The notes: generated from the letters alone by a model not told the origin. Shown: positions 8,225-17,933, counted from the first letter of the stretch. The stretch is 64,000 bases of DNA from Candidatus Xenobia bacterium (GCA_045863235.1 BTUM01000030.1:17543-81542); one strand, 5' to 3'. A program made the numbers and translations.

Positions 8225-9988
8225 ATGCGGAAAACCTGGCTGATTCTCATGCTTTTTGTCCTGGTTGCTCTGGGAGTGGCGCAACCGCCTTCGGCGACGC
8301 CCACCCCTGAGCCCGCCCCCACCAATGCTGCCGATCAGGCCCAGCAGAGGGTGACTGTGGAAGGCTATGGAGCTTTCCCGGTCGGGGTGAGCCAGGCCCA
8401 GGCCCGCCAGATGGCCGGCCAGGTAGCCCTGCTCTCGGCCTATCGACAGCTGACTCTGAAGGCCCGCGCCTTCAGTCAGCCGCGTCAGGAAGGCAACGAG
8501 CTTCAGGAGGTGACCGTGTCGGCTCAGCACGGCAGTCCGGCCTGGCTGGCCTGGGCCCTGCGGGCCGAACCGGTGACCGCTGTCGAGGAAGGGCGTGGGG
8601 TCAAGGTGACTCTCAAGAGCCCACCTCTGGGCGAGATCGCCTCCACCACCCCTTTTCTGAGCCGCACCAGCATCTATGACATCGACCGCGATGGCGTCAA
8701 TGAGACCATCGGGGCGGGCTATGACGGACGCATCTACGTGCTGCGGGAGCAAGCGGGCCGGCTTCGCGTGCTGGCCGCCACTCCCGGCTACGCCGAGCTG
8801 CACAGCTCGGTGCGCAACCAGTGGGAACACGTTCTGTTGACCCGGCTCGACAGTCTGAGCTCGATCGAGCCCGCTGGCAGGGGGCGTGTGCGCGTGGTGG
8901 CCCACCTCTCTCGCACCGAGGCGGTGGGCGGCTTTCTGGCCGGCGCCGCCACCGAGGAGCGCGAGGTCCTGGTCACCCTGGACAAGAACGAGCCCGCGCC
9001 CGACATTCAGGTCAGCGAGCCGCTCGACTTTACTCCCGTGGATCCGGACAAGATCCCGCTCAAGGGTCTTCTGACCGCACCCTCGCGGCTCTCCAAGGCG
9101 GTCTTGATGGTCAACGGCACCCAGGTGTGGTCAAGTCCCCCCCGCTTGCAGGCTCGCTCGCTCAAGCTCGACCTCATGCTCGACCTGATTCCCGGTTTCA
9201 ATCGGGCCCTGCTGCAGGTGGTCGACAGTCAGAATCGCCCCGCCGAGCGCGAGGTGGTGGTCTATCGGCGAGGAGAGCCGACCCCTCTGAAAGGCCAGCA
9301 GAAGCGAGCTCTAGTGGTGGGTGTGGAGAGCTACCCGGACGGCAAGGTCGCTCACGCGGTCAGCGATGCCCAGGCCATGGCCCGGGCTCTGGTCGAGAAG
9401 GCAGGCTTTCCGGCCCAGCAGGTCAGCACTCTGGAAGGCCCCGCCGCCACTCGGGACGCGATCGCCAAAGCCATGGGAGCGCTCACCTTCGATTCTGGCC
9501 AGCAAGACCTGGTGGTCTTTTACTTCGCGGGCATGAGCGGGCTGAACTCTCTGGGCAACAAGCAACTGATGGCCTCCGACACCCAGCCCGACAGCCAGAA
9601 CGGGGTCTCGGCCGAGGACCTGCAGCGCTTTCTCAACGACCTTCCCACCCACAACGTGGTGGTGCTGTTGGATACGGCCCGGGTCGACAAGTCCGAGGCA
9701 GACAGCCGCTGGTTGGCCAACGACGACTTCTTGACCCGCTCCGGGGGGATCGGCAGGCTGATCCTGTCTTCCGGTGATCCCTCTCCCTCCGAGCGCGTGG
9801 GATCGGGGAGCAGCGGTGTGGTTACCCGCAAGCTGGTCGAGGGTCTGGGCGGGCAGACTGGCGGCACCGTCCAGGAGCTTTACCGATTTGCCTACGAGGG
9901 CGTGGCCAGGGAAGCTGCCGAGCGCAAGGTTCTCCCCATCTTGCCGCTGCTCAGGGGCAGGCCCGTGGGAGTTCAATCGCTGCGCTGA
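8225..9988 (+). CDS. Secreted multidomain protein with C-terminal caspase-like (peptidase C14) domain, catalytic dyad absent
   Basis: Signal peptide MRKTWLILMLFVLVALGVA. C14 motifs KRALVVGVESY, AVSDAQAMARAL, ATRDAI, DLVVFYFAGMSG and VVLLDTAR. Confidence 0.8.
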   Translation: MRKTWLILMLFVLVALGVAQPPSATPTPEPAPTNAADQAQQRVTVEGYGAFPVGVSQAQARQMAGQVALLSAYRQLTLKARAFSQPRQEGNELQEVTVSAQHGSPAWLAWALRAEPVTAVEEGRGVKVTLKSPPLGEIASTTPFLSRTSIYDIDRDGVNETIGAGYDGRIYVLREQAGRLRVLAATPGYAELHSSVRNQWEHVLLTRLDSLSSIEPAGRGRVRVVAHLSRTEAVGGFLAGAATEEREVLVTLDKNEPAPDIQVSEPLDFTPVDPDKIPLKGLLTAPSRLSKAVLMVNGTQVWSSPPRLQARSLKLDLMLDLIPGFNRALLQVVDSQNRPAEREVVVYRRGEPTPLKGQQKRALVVGVESYPDGKVAHAVSDAQAMARALVEKAGFPAQQVSTLEGPAATRDAIAKAMGALTFDSGQQDLVVFYFAGMSGLNSLGNKQLMASDTQPDSQNGVSAEDLQRFLNDLPTHNVVVLLDTARVDKSEADSRWLANDDFLTRSGGIGRLILSSGDPSPSERVGSGSSGVVTRKLVEGLGGQTGGTVQELYRFAYEGVAREAAERKVLPILPLLRGRPVGVQSLR

Positions 9989-10025
9989 GGAATCCGGCAA
10001 GTGAACTGGCCGACGAGGCCGAAGC

Positions 10026-10922
10026 ATGACCGTCATGCTCCGTTTGGCGGGACGGTCGCTGACCACGGTATTGCGGGAGTATCTGCGCCATGACGGCCCC
10101 TTGATGGCGGCCGGGATCGCCTTCTTCGCCTTCTTCTCGGTCTTCCCACTCTTCATGCTGTCCCTGGCATTGCTCACCTACGTGGTGCCAATCGACCGCG
10201 CCCTGTTCTACACGCACTCGCTGGCCTCGATGTACCTGCCCGTGGATATGCTGACCTCGATCGAGTCCAACGTCCGGGTGGTGGCCTCCGACCGCGGGAA
10301 GATCGGCCTGACCTCGCTGCTGCTGTTGCTCTGGTCGGGGCGCCAGCTGTTCCGGGCACTTGAGGTCAGCTTGCTGCGCACCTGGGACCTGCCGGCCCGG
10401 CGCAACATGCTGACGGGAAATCTCCTGTCCATGGTCTTGGTGCTGCTGTGCGGTGCGGTGGCGGCTTCCGGGGTGGTGATCTCGCTCTTCTTCAGCGCTG
10501 CCCAGACCCTGATGAGCAAGTGGCACGTGCCCAACCTGGGCAAGCTCTCCTTTGACAGCACGGTGTTCTGGGCATGGATCCACTCCTGGATCATCATTCC
10601 CAGCCTGGTCATGCTGATCTTCCTGCTGTTGTACACCCTGCTTCCGCTTCGTCGGGTCAGCCTCAAGTCGGCCCTCCCGGGGGCCTTCTTCGCTTCGGTG
10701 GCCTGGAAGGTGTCCACTCTTCTCTACGTGGACTATATGGTCTGGTTCGGCAAGTTCTCCACCGTGTACACCTCGGTTTTCAGCATCGTCGGGATGCTGA
10801 TCTTCCTTTACGTGGAGTCGATGGTGTTCTTGCTGGGGGCGGAGCTGATCCGTTTCCTGCTCGAGCACAACAAGAGCAGGCCTGCCCAGCGCCGTCGCTC
10901 AGTCCGAAAGGTCCGGAGCTAA
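10026..10922 (+). CDS. YihY/virulence factor BrkB family membrane protein
   Basis: AAGIAFFAFFSVFP, LYTLLP...ALPGA and FLLGAEL, with multiple TM helices. Confidence 0.9.
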   Translation: MTVMLRLAGRSLTTVLREYLRHDGPLMAAGIAFFAFFSVFPLFMLSLALLTYVVPIDRALFYTHSLASMYLPVDMLTSIESNVRVVASDRGKIGLTSLLLLLWSGRQLFRALEVSLLRTWDLPARRNMLTGNLLSMVLVLLCGAVAASGVVISLFFSAAQTLMSKWHVPNLGKLSFDSTVFWAWIHSWIIIPSLVMLIFLLLYTLLPLRRVSLKSALPGAFFASVAWKVSTLLYVDYMVWFGKFSTVYTSVFSIVGMLIFLYVESMVFLLGAELIRFLLEHNKSRPAQRRRSVRKVRS

Positions 10923-11924
10923 CTCCTCGGCCAGCTGGCCGCTCTTGAGGAATTCGTCCAGGAGCACGGTGGCGTAGCTGCCGGGCGGCAACTCGAACTG
11001 GAAGACGAGGTCTGTTCCCTCGGCTCGCAGGGTGAAGGGCTCCAACGGCAGGCGGATCCTGCGCCGGCTGCCCTGGGCCTTCAGGGGACGAAAGGCCTCC
11101 CAGGTCAACTCCGAGGCGGCCAGGAGGTCCTCCTCGCGCTGCCCAGAGGGACCGGTGGCCCGCATCATCTTGAAGCCGAAGATGGGTCCGGTGGGGCTGA
11201 TTTCGAAGCGCTCGAGCCGCTCCTGCTCGGCCATCGGGTCGGTGGCCACGAAGAGCGAGCCGGCGGGCAGGCGCCCGCACACGTCGCCGAGCAACACCCG
11301 GGCAAACAGGCCGTCTCGAAAGCGCTCATCCAGGTAGCGGTTGAACAGCTCGGACTGCACCGAGCTGACCAGCAGGTTGCGCTTCCAGTGGGGCAGTCGC
11401 GAGCGCCCCTCGCGCAGGAGCTGCATGCCCCCTTCCAGGTTCTCGCCGCCCCGCCCAAAACGCTGGGCGCCGAAACGGTTGGCCCAGCCCGTTCTGCGGA
11501 GCTCTTCGGCGATGGCAGAAGCCCGCTCGACCTTTGCCCCGCGCACGCGCACCGTAAAACGGTTGCCGCGCAGGTGGCCGCGGCGCAGCTTGTTGTGGTG
11601 CTGGCCGAGCAACTTCACCTCGAGGACGTTCTCCAGTCCGGCCAGGCGGGACAGATCCGCCCCCAGCGGTACCGAAATTCGCTGAGTGGTGACCGCCTGG
11701 CGGTCCTTCAGGCCGGCGTAACCGATGTCGTCGGAGCGGACTTCCAGCGCCCGGGCCATGCGACGTAGCAGCTCGGGAGTGGTCAGGTCGCGCTTGGTGA
11801 CCTCCAGATACTGGTGGGGGCCCTCTCCGACCGGCTCGTAGGCGGGCAACTCCACGACCTGAAAGTCTTCCGGCTCTCCCTTGAGCTGCCCCCCCGTGCC
11901 CGGAAATGCCGCAGTGACGTACAT
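10899..11924 (-). CDS. truD: tRNA pseudouridine(13) synthase TruD
   Basis: PEDFQVVE, GYAGLKDRQAVTTQ, GNRFT, NRFGAQRFG and FELPPGSYAT. Confidence 0.95.
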   Translation of the reverse strand: MYVTAAFPGTGGQLKGEPEDFQVVELPAYEPVGEGPHQYLEVTKRDLTTPELLRRMARALEVRSDDIGYAGLKDRQAVTTQRISVPLGADLSRLAGLENVLEVKLLGQHHNKLRRGHLRGNRFTVRVRGAKVERASAIAEELRRTGWANRFGAQRFGRGGENLEGGMQLLREGRSRLPHWKRNLLVSSVQSELFNRYLDERFRDGLFARVLLGDVCGRLPAGSLFVATDPMAEQERLERFEISPTGPIFGFKMMRATGPSGQREEDLLAASELTWEAFRPLKAQGSRRRIRLPLEPFTLRAEGTDLVFQFELPPGSYATVLLDEFLKSGQLAEELAPDLSD

Positions 11925-11978
11925 CTTGCCGCTTGTTCTCGCGCAGGAAAAGAGATCCTGGCAGGTAAACAACCGGGG

Positions 11979-14900
11979 GTGAGCTTGCTCCAGTCCGACT
12001 CTCTGTCCCGCCTGGTCTCAGCCAGGCCCGAAGGCTGCCAGAGCGTCGAGCTCTATAAGGCCCTCTACCGTCCCGATGAGGGCTGGTACCTGCAGGAGCG
12101 CTTCTTCCCGCTCGAGTCCCAGGTGGCGGCCCTGGAGGCCATTCTGGCCGCGGCGCCCGCCGGAGGATCGTTCCTGCTGGTCGGTCCCCCCGCCACGGGC
12201 AAGTCGGTCACCCTCTCCATGCTGGCCCGAGCGCTCAGCCTCGAGGTGTCCTCGGCGGAGTTCGTTCATCTGGTGAGGTTGTTCGACATCCGACAGGGCG
12301 CGGAGCGCTCGGCGCTGCGCACGGCGCTGGAGACGGCCCGACCGCCCGAGGGACGCTGGCTGGTGCTGATTCCCCACGCCGAGTCCGAGCAGGACTTTCA
12401 GGCGGCCATCATGCGCTCGCTCTGGGCGGCCAAGAATCACGCCGAAGGCGAGTCTCTGCCGCTGGGAGCGGATCTTTCGGCCGAGTTCCCCGACAATCTG
12501 CAAGATGCGCTGGACGAGCTGATCGGGAGCAGCCGCATCGACGGGGTGGCGGTCCTGATCGACAAGCTGGAGAGCCTGTTCGGCAGTGGTTGGACGGTCC
12601 CCGACTCGTCCATGCCCGAGCAGGTGCGCGAGTTCCGCGAGATGTGCCGCGAGCGCGACCTGCCCTTCGTGCTGGTGGGAGCCCTGACCCGCTCGGTCGG
12701 CCAGGACCCGCGCGAGGAGGCCGAGCTCACCCGCTCGTTCCGGGACATCCTGCCGCTGCACCTGCTCACCCGCAAGGGCGAATGGGAGGAGTTCCTGACC
12801 GCCAACGTCCTGGCCCATCAGTCTCCCGAGCTGTGGGCCGAGCTGACCTCTCATCCCGACATGCAGAGGCTGCTCAAGAGCACCCTGGAGGTGGGAACGT
12901 ACCACGAGCACGATACCGCCTGGTGTCAAGAGTTCGCCCTGGAAGGGGCCTATCCGCTCCATCCCGCCGCCACCTTCTTGCTGCCCCGGTTGGCCATGCG
13001 CCTGGCCGCGCCCGAGAGAACCGCTCTGAGCTTCTTTCAAGAGCACGCCGCCGGTGGTCTGCAGTATTTCCTCAGCAACTTTGCCATCGCTCAGCCCAAC
13101 GGCCGTCTTTCCCTCTATACGGTCGATCTGCTCTACTCCTATTTCGAACGCCAGCTCAAGACCGACCCTCGTCTTCAGGAGGCTCACGGCGTGCTGGAGC
13201 GGGCCCTGGAGTCCTCCCGCGACATCCCGATGGCGCGGCGTCTGTTGCGCACCGTCTGGCTTCTGCAAGTGGGCGGCCAGGAGCGGGTCAACACCTCGCC
13301 CGAGCACGTGATCTGGTCTTTGCATCTGGGCGCCCGCGAGCAGCCCCTGGCGGCCCAAAGCCTGCGCTCTCTGGTGGACCGGAAGATTCTGGCCTTCCGG
13401 AACCGGCGCTTCTGGTTCGAGTTTGAAGTCGAGCGGCCCAGTCTCGACCGCCTGCTGCGCTCTGACCGCCGCAAGGTCGAGCTGGAGATCGACCTGTTAG
13501 GCCTGGTGGAGCGCCAGGTCTCCTCGGCACCCCTGCGGCTCTCGGAGATCAATCGTGCCTTTTCGACCGATCGCTTCGTGCGCACTCGATTCGTTCTGCC
13601 ATCTCAGCTCGACCAGCTGGTGGCTCAGGCCCAGCAGAAAGAGCCTGGTCCCGGCGCCTACCAGGGGGACCTGCTGCTGGCTTACGTGGTGGCTCAGAAT
13701 CCGCCCGAGCGCGACCAGGTGGCCATGCTGTGTCAGACCGAGCTGTCCCACCCCCGCCTGGTGGTGGGCCTGCCGACCGCCCCCACCAACTACGTGGCCA
13801 TGGCTCACGACATCGAAGGGCTGCGGCGCATCCGCTCGGCCGACCCCGCCTTCAGCGACCCCACCTCCAGCGAGTACCTCGAGCTGGCCGACTTGCTGCG
13901 CCAGAGTGAGGCCGAGCTGGAGGAGTCGCTGTGCGACCTGACCGACCCCCAGAAGCTCGAGTTCTGGCACCAGAGGCAGTGCCACGGCAGTCTGGATGCG
14001 CCTGGCCTGGAACGGTTCCTGACCCAGGTCGTCCAGGTTTGTATCGGTCCGCTGACCGCAGTGGGAGATTTCTGTTTCTCGACCACCCAGGACCCTGCCA
14101 GCGCCCGGGCCCGCCGCTATCAGGCCATCGACTACCTGCTCGGGTGCGGGACTCGCGAGCTGGTGCTGCGTCGAGGCGACTATCCAGCCCTGAAGGCTCT
14201 CTACGCCGGCCTGGTGGAGGGCGGGCTGTTCCTGCCAGTGGATGAAGGCGGGCCATGGCGCCGCTATCGTTTGCGCGATCCGCTGCCTGAGAGCGGACTG
14301 GGAGGGGCCCTGTGTTTCCTGCTCTCTCGGCTGCTCTCGGATGAAACCTGCCGGCAGCGGCTCAATCCGGTGGATACGGTCACGGCCCTCATGCGCCCAC
14401 CCTACAGCCTGCCCGGGCCTACCGTGGAGTTGCTGTTCGGGGTGGCCGCCTGGTACTGGCGGGATCGGTTGGCCTTCTATCGGCTGGGAGAGTCGGCCCC
14501 CACCACCATGGATGCTGCTCGCATCCACGAGCTGGCCAGGCACCCGGCCAAATGGCGGGTGGAGCACTTCGAGGTGCCGCCCGACGAGCAGGGGTTCCTG
14601 GAGGAGCTGCTGCGCCTTCTCAAGCCGGAAGGGCCGCTCAGCCCGGGCGGTTCGGCCCTGCAAGAGACGGCCGACTTGTTGCTGAGCTGGTTCGATCGGC
14701 TTCCGCCCACCAACCTGAAGCTGGTTTACCATCGCACTCCCTATGCGGGCAGCTTGATCGACCTGCTGCAGGACCGCGAGCGGCGCTCTCACCCGCGCCG
14801 GCTCCTGCTGGAGCTCCTGCCGGCCGCCCTGGGCTTTCCGGCTCCGGTCCGCTGGGAGGAAGCGGCCAACACGGTGCTCAACCGCTTTGAGAACCTGCGC

Positions 14901-15398
14901 CAGGTGTTGGAAGAGGCCATGCTGGAGTCGCGTCGCCAGTTGCACGAAGGCATTCGCTGGATCTTTGCCGACCGGGTCAGCCTGGCCCGCCAGTCGACCT
15001 GGCCGACCCTGATCAGTCGCTGGTACCAGACCCTGCCCGCCTCGGTCCGCTCCGAGCCTGGCAATGACGAGCTGAAGCTGATGCTGGCAGCCTTCTCGAG
15101 CGCATCGGCGGACGAAGAAGAGAGTCTGGACGACCTGCTGCACGAGCTCGGCTATCCACCCATGAGCACCTGGGACCGCGATTACGCCGACGAGATCCTC
15201 GAGCGCATCCGGCTGGCTCGCATCGAGATGGAGTGGCAGGAGCACCTGGGGATGTACACCGAGCAGCGCTCGGCCCGCGAGAAGGCCTCGGGCTTCATCC
15301 GCCGCATCCTGCTCAATGCCGGCCTGCCGCCCGAGGACGTGGCCGAGCTGTTGCAGAGCGAGCTCGAGCAGGCGGCCTGGTCGGTTCGCTCGCGCTGA
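11979..15398 (+). CDS. Large P-loop protein resembling SspC / type 4 BREX BrxC ATPases, degenerate Walker B
   Basis: Walker A GPPATGKS; VAVLIDKLES at the Walker B position; AYPLHPAATFLLPRL...ERTALSFF; LYTVDLLYSYF. Start inferred at GTG 11979. Confidence 0.6.
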   Translation: MSLLQSDSLSRLVSARPEGCQSVELYKALYRPDEGWYLQERFFPLESQVAALEAILAAAPAGGSFLLVGPPATGKSVTLSMLARALSLEVSSAEFVHLVRLFDIRQGAERSALRTALETARPPEGRWLVLIPHAESEQDFQAAIMRSLWAAKNHAEGESLPLGADLSAEFPDNLQDALDELIGSSRIDGVAVLIDKLESLFGSGWTVPDSSMPEQVREFREMCRERDLPFVLVGALTRSVGQDPREEAELTRSFRDILPLHLLTRKGEWEEFLTANVLAHQSPELWAELTSHPDMQRLLKSTLEVGTYHEHDTAWCQEFALEGAYPLHPAATFLLPRLAMRLAAPERTALSFFQEHAAGGLQYFLSNFAIAQPNGRLSLYTVDLLYSYFERQLKTDPRLQEAHGVLERALESSRDIPMARRLLRTVWLLQVGGQERVNTSPEHVIWSLHLGAREQPLAAQSLRSLVDRKILAFRNRRFWFEFEVERPSLDRLLRSDRRKVELEIDLLGLVERQVSSAPLRLSEINRAFSTDRFVRTRFVLPSQLDQLVAQAQQKEPGPGAYQGDLLLAYVVAQNPPERDQVAMLCQTELSHPRLVVGLPTAPTNYVAMAHDIEGLRRIRSADPAFSDPTSSEYLELADLLRQSEAELEESLCDLTDPQKLEFWHQRQCHGSLDAPGLERFLTQVVQVCIGPLTAVGDFCFSTTQDPASARARRYQAIDYLLGCGTRELVLRRGDYPALKALYAGLVEGGLFLPVDEGGPWRRYRLRDPLPESGLGGALCFLLSRLLSDETCRQRLNPVDTVTALMRPPYSLPGPTVELLFGVAAWYWRDRLAFYRLGESAPTTMDAARIHELARHPAKWRVEHFEVPPDEQGFLEELLRLLKPEGPLSPGGSALQETADLLLSWFDRLPPTNLKLVYHRTPYAGSLIDLLQDRERRSHPRRLLLELLPAALGFPAPVRWEEAANTVLNRFENLRQVLEEAMLESRRQLHEGIRWIFADRVSLARQSTWPTLISRWYQTLPASVRSEPGNDELKLMLAAFSSASADEEESLDDLLHELGYPPMSTWDRDYADEILERIRLARIEMEWQEHLGMYTEQRSAREKASGFIRRILLNAGLPPEDVAELLQSELEQAAWSVRSR

Positions 15399-15500
15399 AC
15401 GTGTTTCCGACCCAGGTGCGAGAGCATTCGCGCGGGCGATGCGGCGCCAACCCAGAGGGCCGGTCAGCAACCCCGTCCGCCGGAATGCGTCTGGCCAGTG

Positions 15501-15698
15501 TCAATGCGCCGGAGTGTCTCGGACTTCGATACCAAAGCGGGTCAGCAGCTCGTGCAGCGAGTGTATCTTGTTGAGTGAATTCCATTCGCTCTGGTAGAGC
15601 ACCTCCGAAAGCTCATCGTAGGTGCAGAACCCTCTGGCCTTAGCCCGCGCCAGCCAGCGGAAGAACTCGGGGGGCTCGTTCCAAAGGTCCGGGTGCAT
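15501..15698 (-). CDS. Stand-alone sigma-70 region 1.1 domain protein (65 aa)
   Basis: LARAKARGFCTYDELSEVL...IHSLHELLTRFGIEV matches the region 1.1 pattern LIxxGKxxGYLTYxEIxxxL...IExIxxxLxxxGIxV. Confidence 0.7.
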   Translation of the reverse strand: MHPDLWNEPPEFFRWLARAKARGFCTYDELSEVLYQSEWNSLNKIHSLHELLTRFGIEVRDTPAH

Positions 15699-15802
15699 CG
15701 TTGCCAACTCTCGTTGAATCGAATTCCAGTTCTGGGGGAATTTTCCTCAAGACACCGAATCACCCCCAGAACCCTATTTCTGACTGATTTTGCGAGGGGT
15801 CG

Positions 15803-16711
15803 TTGAGGCCTGCCCAGGATACCCTGATCGTTACCGCGCCGCCCCGGAGGCGAGCCCGCTCGGTGAGTCGGCCCGCCAGTCCGCCGGCGCGCCCCTCCAG
15901 GAGCCGCGAGGTTAAGCGCAGCAGCCGCGAGGCGCGTCGCAGTCGCGAGACCCGCGTGCTCAAAGAGCGCCCGCGGCGGCTCGTGCCCCTGCGCAAGCTG
16001 TTCCTGGTGGGCCTCTTCTTTCTGGGCCAGGGGCTGTTTTTCTTCTCCGAGCTGTTCCACCTCAGTCGCATCGAGGTCAATGGCTTGAGCCACCTGACCC
16101 GCGAGCAGGTGGTCAGCCATGCCCAGCTGACCAAGGGCTCGCCCGTCTGGCTGTTGTCCCCCGCCACCGTGGCTGACCGGGTGGCCGCCATCCACGCCGT
16201 CAAAAGCGTGGACGTCGAGGTGCGCCTGCCCGGCACGGTCGAGATCGCGGTTCAGGAGCGTGAGCCTCGCTTCCTGGTCGGCTCACCGGCCTCCCCGGAG
16301 CTGTACCTGGCCGACGAGAACGGTGTTCTCTTGCGTAAAGCGCAGTTGCCCAGCTCGTTTCCCCGCGTGATGGTGACCGAGCCACTGGCCGAGGGAGGGC
16401 GCCTTTCCCAGGGCATCGTGCCCATCGCCAGCGAGACACTGGCGTTGCTGCACGGCATCGTCCCGGGCAAGCCTTCCTCGATCACCATCGACTCTCTGGA
16501 GGCGGTCACCGTGGAGACCTCCTGGCAGGGCTGGCCGCTCACCCTGCGTCTTGGCTCGCTCGAGCACCGCGATTACAAACGTCAGCTGCTGCAAGCGCTG
16601 TGGGCGCGGCTGCCGGCCTCGAAAGGTCGTCCGGTGCTGCTCGACCTGCGCTACTCCTCGCCCGTGGTCAAGGTCGTCAGGCCCCCGTCGCCCGAGCCGG
16701 AAAACTACTGA
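15803..16711 (+). CDS. ftsQ: Cell division protein FtsQ/DivIB
   Basis: Basic N-tail, one TM, POTRA motif IEVNGLSHLTREQV...VKSVDVEVRLPGTVEIAVQEREP, and C-terminal LDLRY. Confidence 0.85.
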   Translation: MRPAQDTLIVTAPPRRRARSVSRPASPPARPSRSREVKRSSREARRSRETRVLKERPRRLVPLRKLFLVGLFFLGQGLFFFSELFHLSRIEVNGLSHLTREQVVSHAQLTKGSPVWLLSPATVADRVAAIHAVKSVDVEVRLPGTVEIAVQEREPRFLVGSPASPELYLADENGVLLRKAQLPSSFPRVMVTEPLAEGGRLSQGIVPIASETLALLHGIVPGKPSSITIDSLEAVTVETSWQGWPLTLRLGSLEHRDYKRQLLQALWARLPASKGRPVLLDLRYSSPVVKVVRPPSPEPENY

Positions 16712-16717
16712 ATCTTC

Positions 16718-16746
16718 TTTACGCAACCTTGACCCTGTGCTATACT
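16718..16746 (+). promoter_or_regulatory. Sigma-70-type promoter for DUF881-sbp
   Basis: TTTACG-17 bp-TATACT with an extended -10 TG. Confidence 0.55.
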
Positions 16747-16789
16747 GCGCCCGCGCAGAAGTGGACGCTGCGATTCATCTGGAGAGAAC

Positions 16790-17563
16790 GTGATCAGCGT
16801 GGAACCCTCGACCACTACGAGTCGAGTCAATTGGCAGCTTCCTGTCGGCATCGCCTGCATTTTGCTCGGGGTCCTGGTGGCCGTGCAGTTCAAAGTGCAA
16901 CAGCGGCGCGTCAAAGAGCCTACCGAGATGGGCGATCTGCGCGTGCAGCTCAAGCTGACCGAGTCAGAGCGCAACAAGATGTCGGCCGAGCTTCAAGAGG
17001 CCCGCAATCGCCTGGTCGATCTCGAGAAGGCCCTGTCGGACGGCCAGAACGTCACCCGCACGACTCGCGAGGAGATCGAGCGCGCCCGCCTCGAGGCCGG
17101 TTTGCTGCCGCTCAAAGGGCCGGGGGTGGTGGTCAAGCTGACCGACTCGACCCGGCGTCCCTCGCCGGATGACGATCCCTACTTCTACATCGTGCACGAC
17201 GTCGATCTGCAGGCCCTGGTCAACGAGCTGTGGGCTTCAGGCGCCGAGGCAGTGGCCGTCAATGAGCAACGGCTGGTGACCCGCACCTCGATTCGCTGCG
17301 TGGGTCCCACCATCTTAGTCAACGCCGTGCGCCTGGCTCCACCCTACGAGGTCAAGGCCATCGGCAACGCCCAGGATATCTACACCGCCCTGAACATGCC
17401 GGGCGGATTCCTGCAGAGCATGGACATGCAGCGCGCCATGGGCGTGGAGGTCAAGATCAGCAAGCTGGATGAGCTCGAGGTACCCGCCTTCAATGGAAGT
17501 CTGGTCTATCGCTACGCCGAGCCGGCTCCCAAGCCGGCTCCGGAAAGCTCGCCGGAGCCCTGA
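16790..17563 (+). CDS. DUF881 family protein (YlxW/YlxX-like)
   Basis: TM plus coiled coil, GPGVVVKLTD, IVHDVDLQALVNELWASGAEAVAVNEQR and PPYEVKAIG. Confidence 0.92.
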   Translation: MISVEPSTTTSRVNWQLPVGIACILLGVLVAVQFKVQQRRVKEPTEMGDLRVQLKLTESERNKMSAELQEARNRLVDLEKALSDGQNVTRTTREEIERARLEAGLLPLKGPGVVVKLTDSTRRPSPDDDPYFYIVHDVDLQALVNELWASGAEAVAVNEQRLVTRTSIRCVGPTILVNAVRLAPPYEVKAIGNAQDIYTALNMPGGFLQSMDMQRAMGVEVKISKLDELEVPAFNGSLVYRYAEPAPKPAPESSPEP

Positions 17564-17564
17564 G

Positions 17565-17933
17565 TTGCTGGTCGTCCTCGGACTGGTGCTGGGTTTTCTG
17601 ATCGGGTGGTACATCCCGTTCCAGTTGCCTTTTGCCAGCGCCAAGTACGCCGGCGTGGCCTTCCTGGCCGGTCTGGACTCGGTGCTGGGCGGGGCCCGGG
17701 CGGGAATCGAGCAGAAGTTTGACTTCACCCTGTTTACCACCGGCTTCGTGACCAACACCCTGCTGGCCGTCTTCCTGGCCATGGCGGGGGATGTTCTGGG
17801 GGTGGATCTCTACCTGGCCGCCGTGGTGACCTTCGGGGTGCGCATCTTCCAGAATCTGGCCTACATCCGTCGTGACCTGATCCGCCGGCCGGCCAGCGAG
17901 CAGCCGACCTTCACCGACCTGTTGAACGGCTGA
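17565..17933 (+). CDS. sbp: Small basic protein Sbp (DUF1290)
   Basis: LAGLDSVLGGARA and GDVLGVDLYLAAVVTFGVRIFQNLAYIRR. Follows DUF881 as in Bacillota; TTG start inferred. Confidence 0.88.
   Translation: MLVVLGLVLGFLIGWYIPFQLPFASAKYAGVAFLAGLDSVLGGARAGIEQKFDFTLFTTGFVTNTLLAVFLAMAGDVLGVDLYLAAVVTFGVRIFQNLAYIRRDLIRRPASEQPTFTDLLNG

Noticed and set aside
11979..15398. Complete BREX or Ssp phosphorothioation defence system
   Set aside because: Only the ATPase-like gene is present; no partner genes are in the window.
15399..15500. tRNA or structured RNA in intergenic gaps (also 33236-33326 and 17934-18026)
   Set aside because: No cloverleaf or T-loop consensus, only short hairpins.
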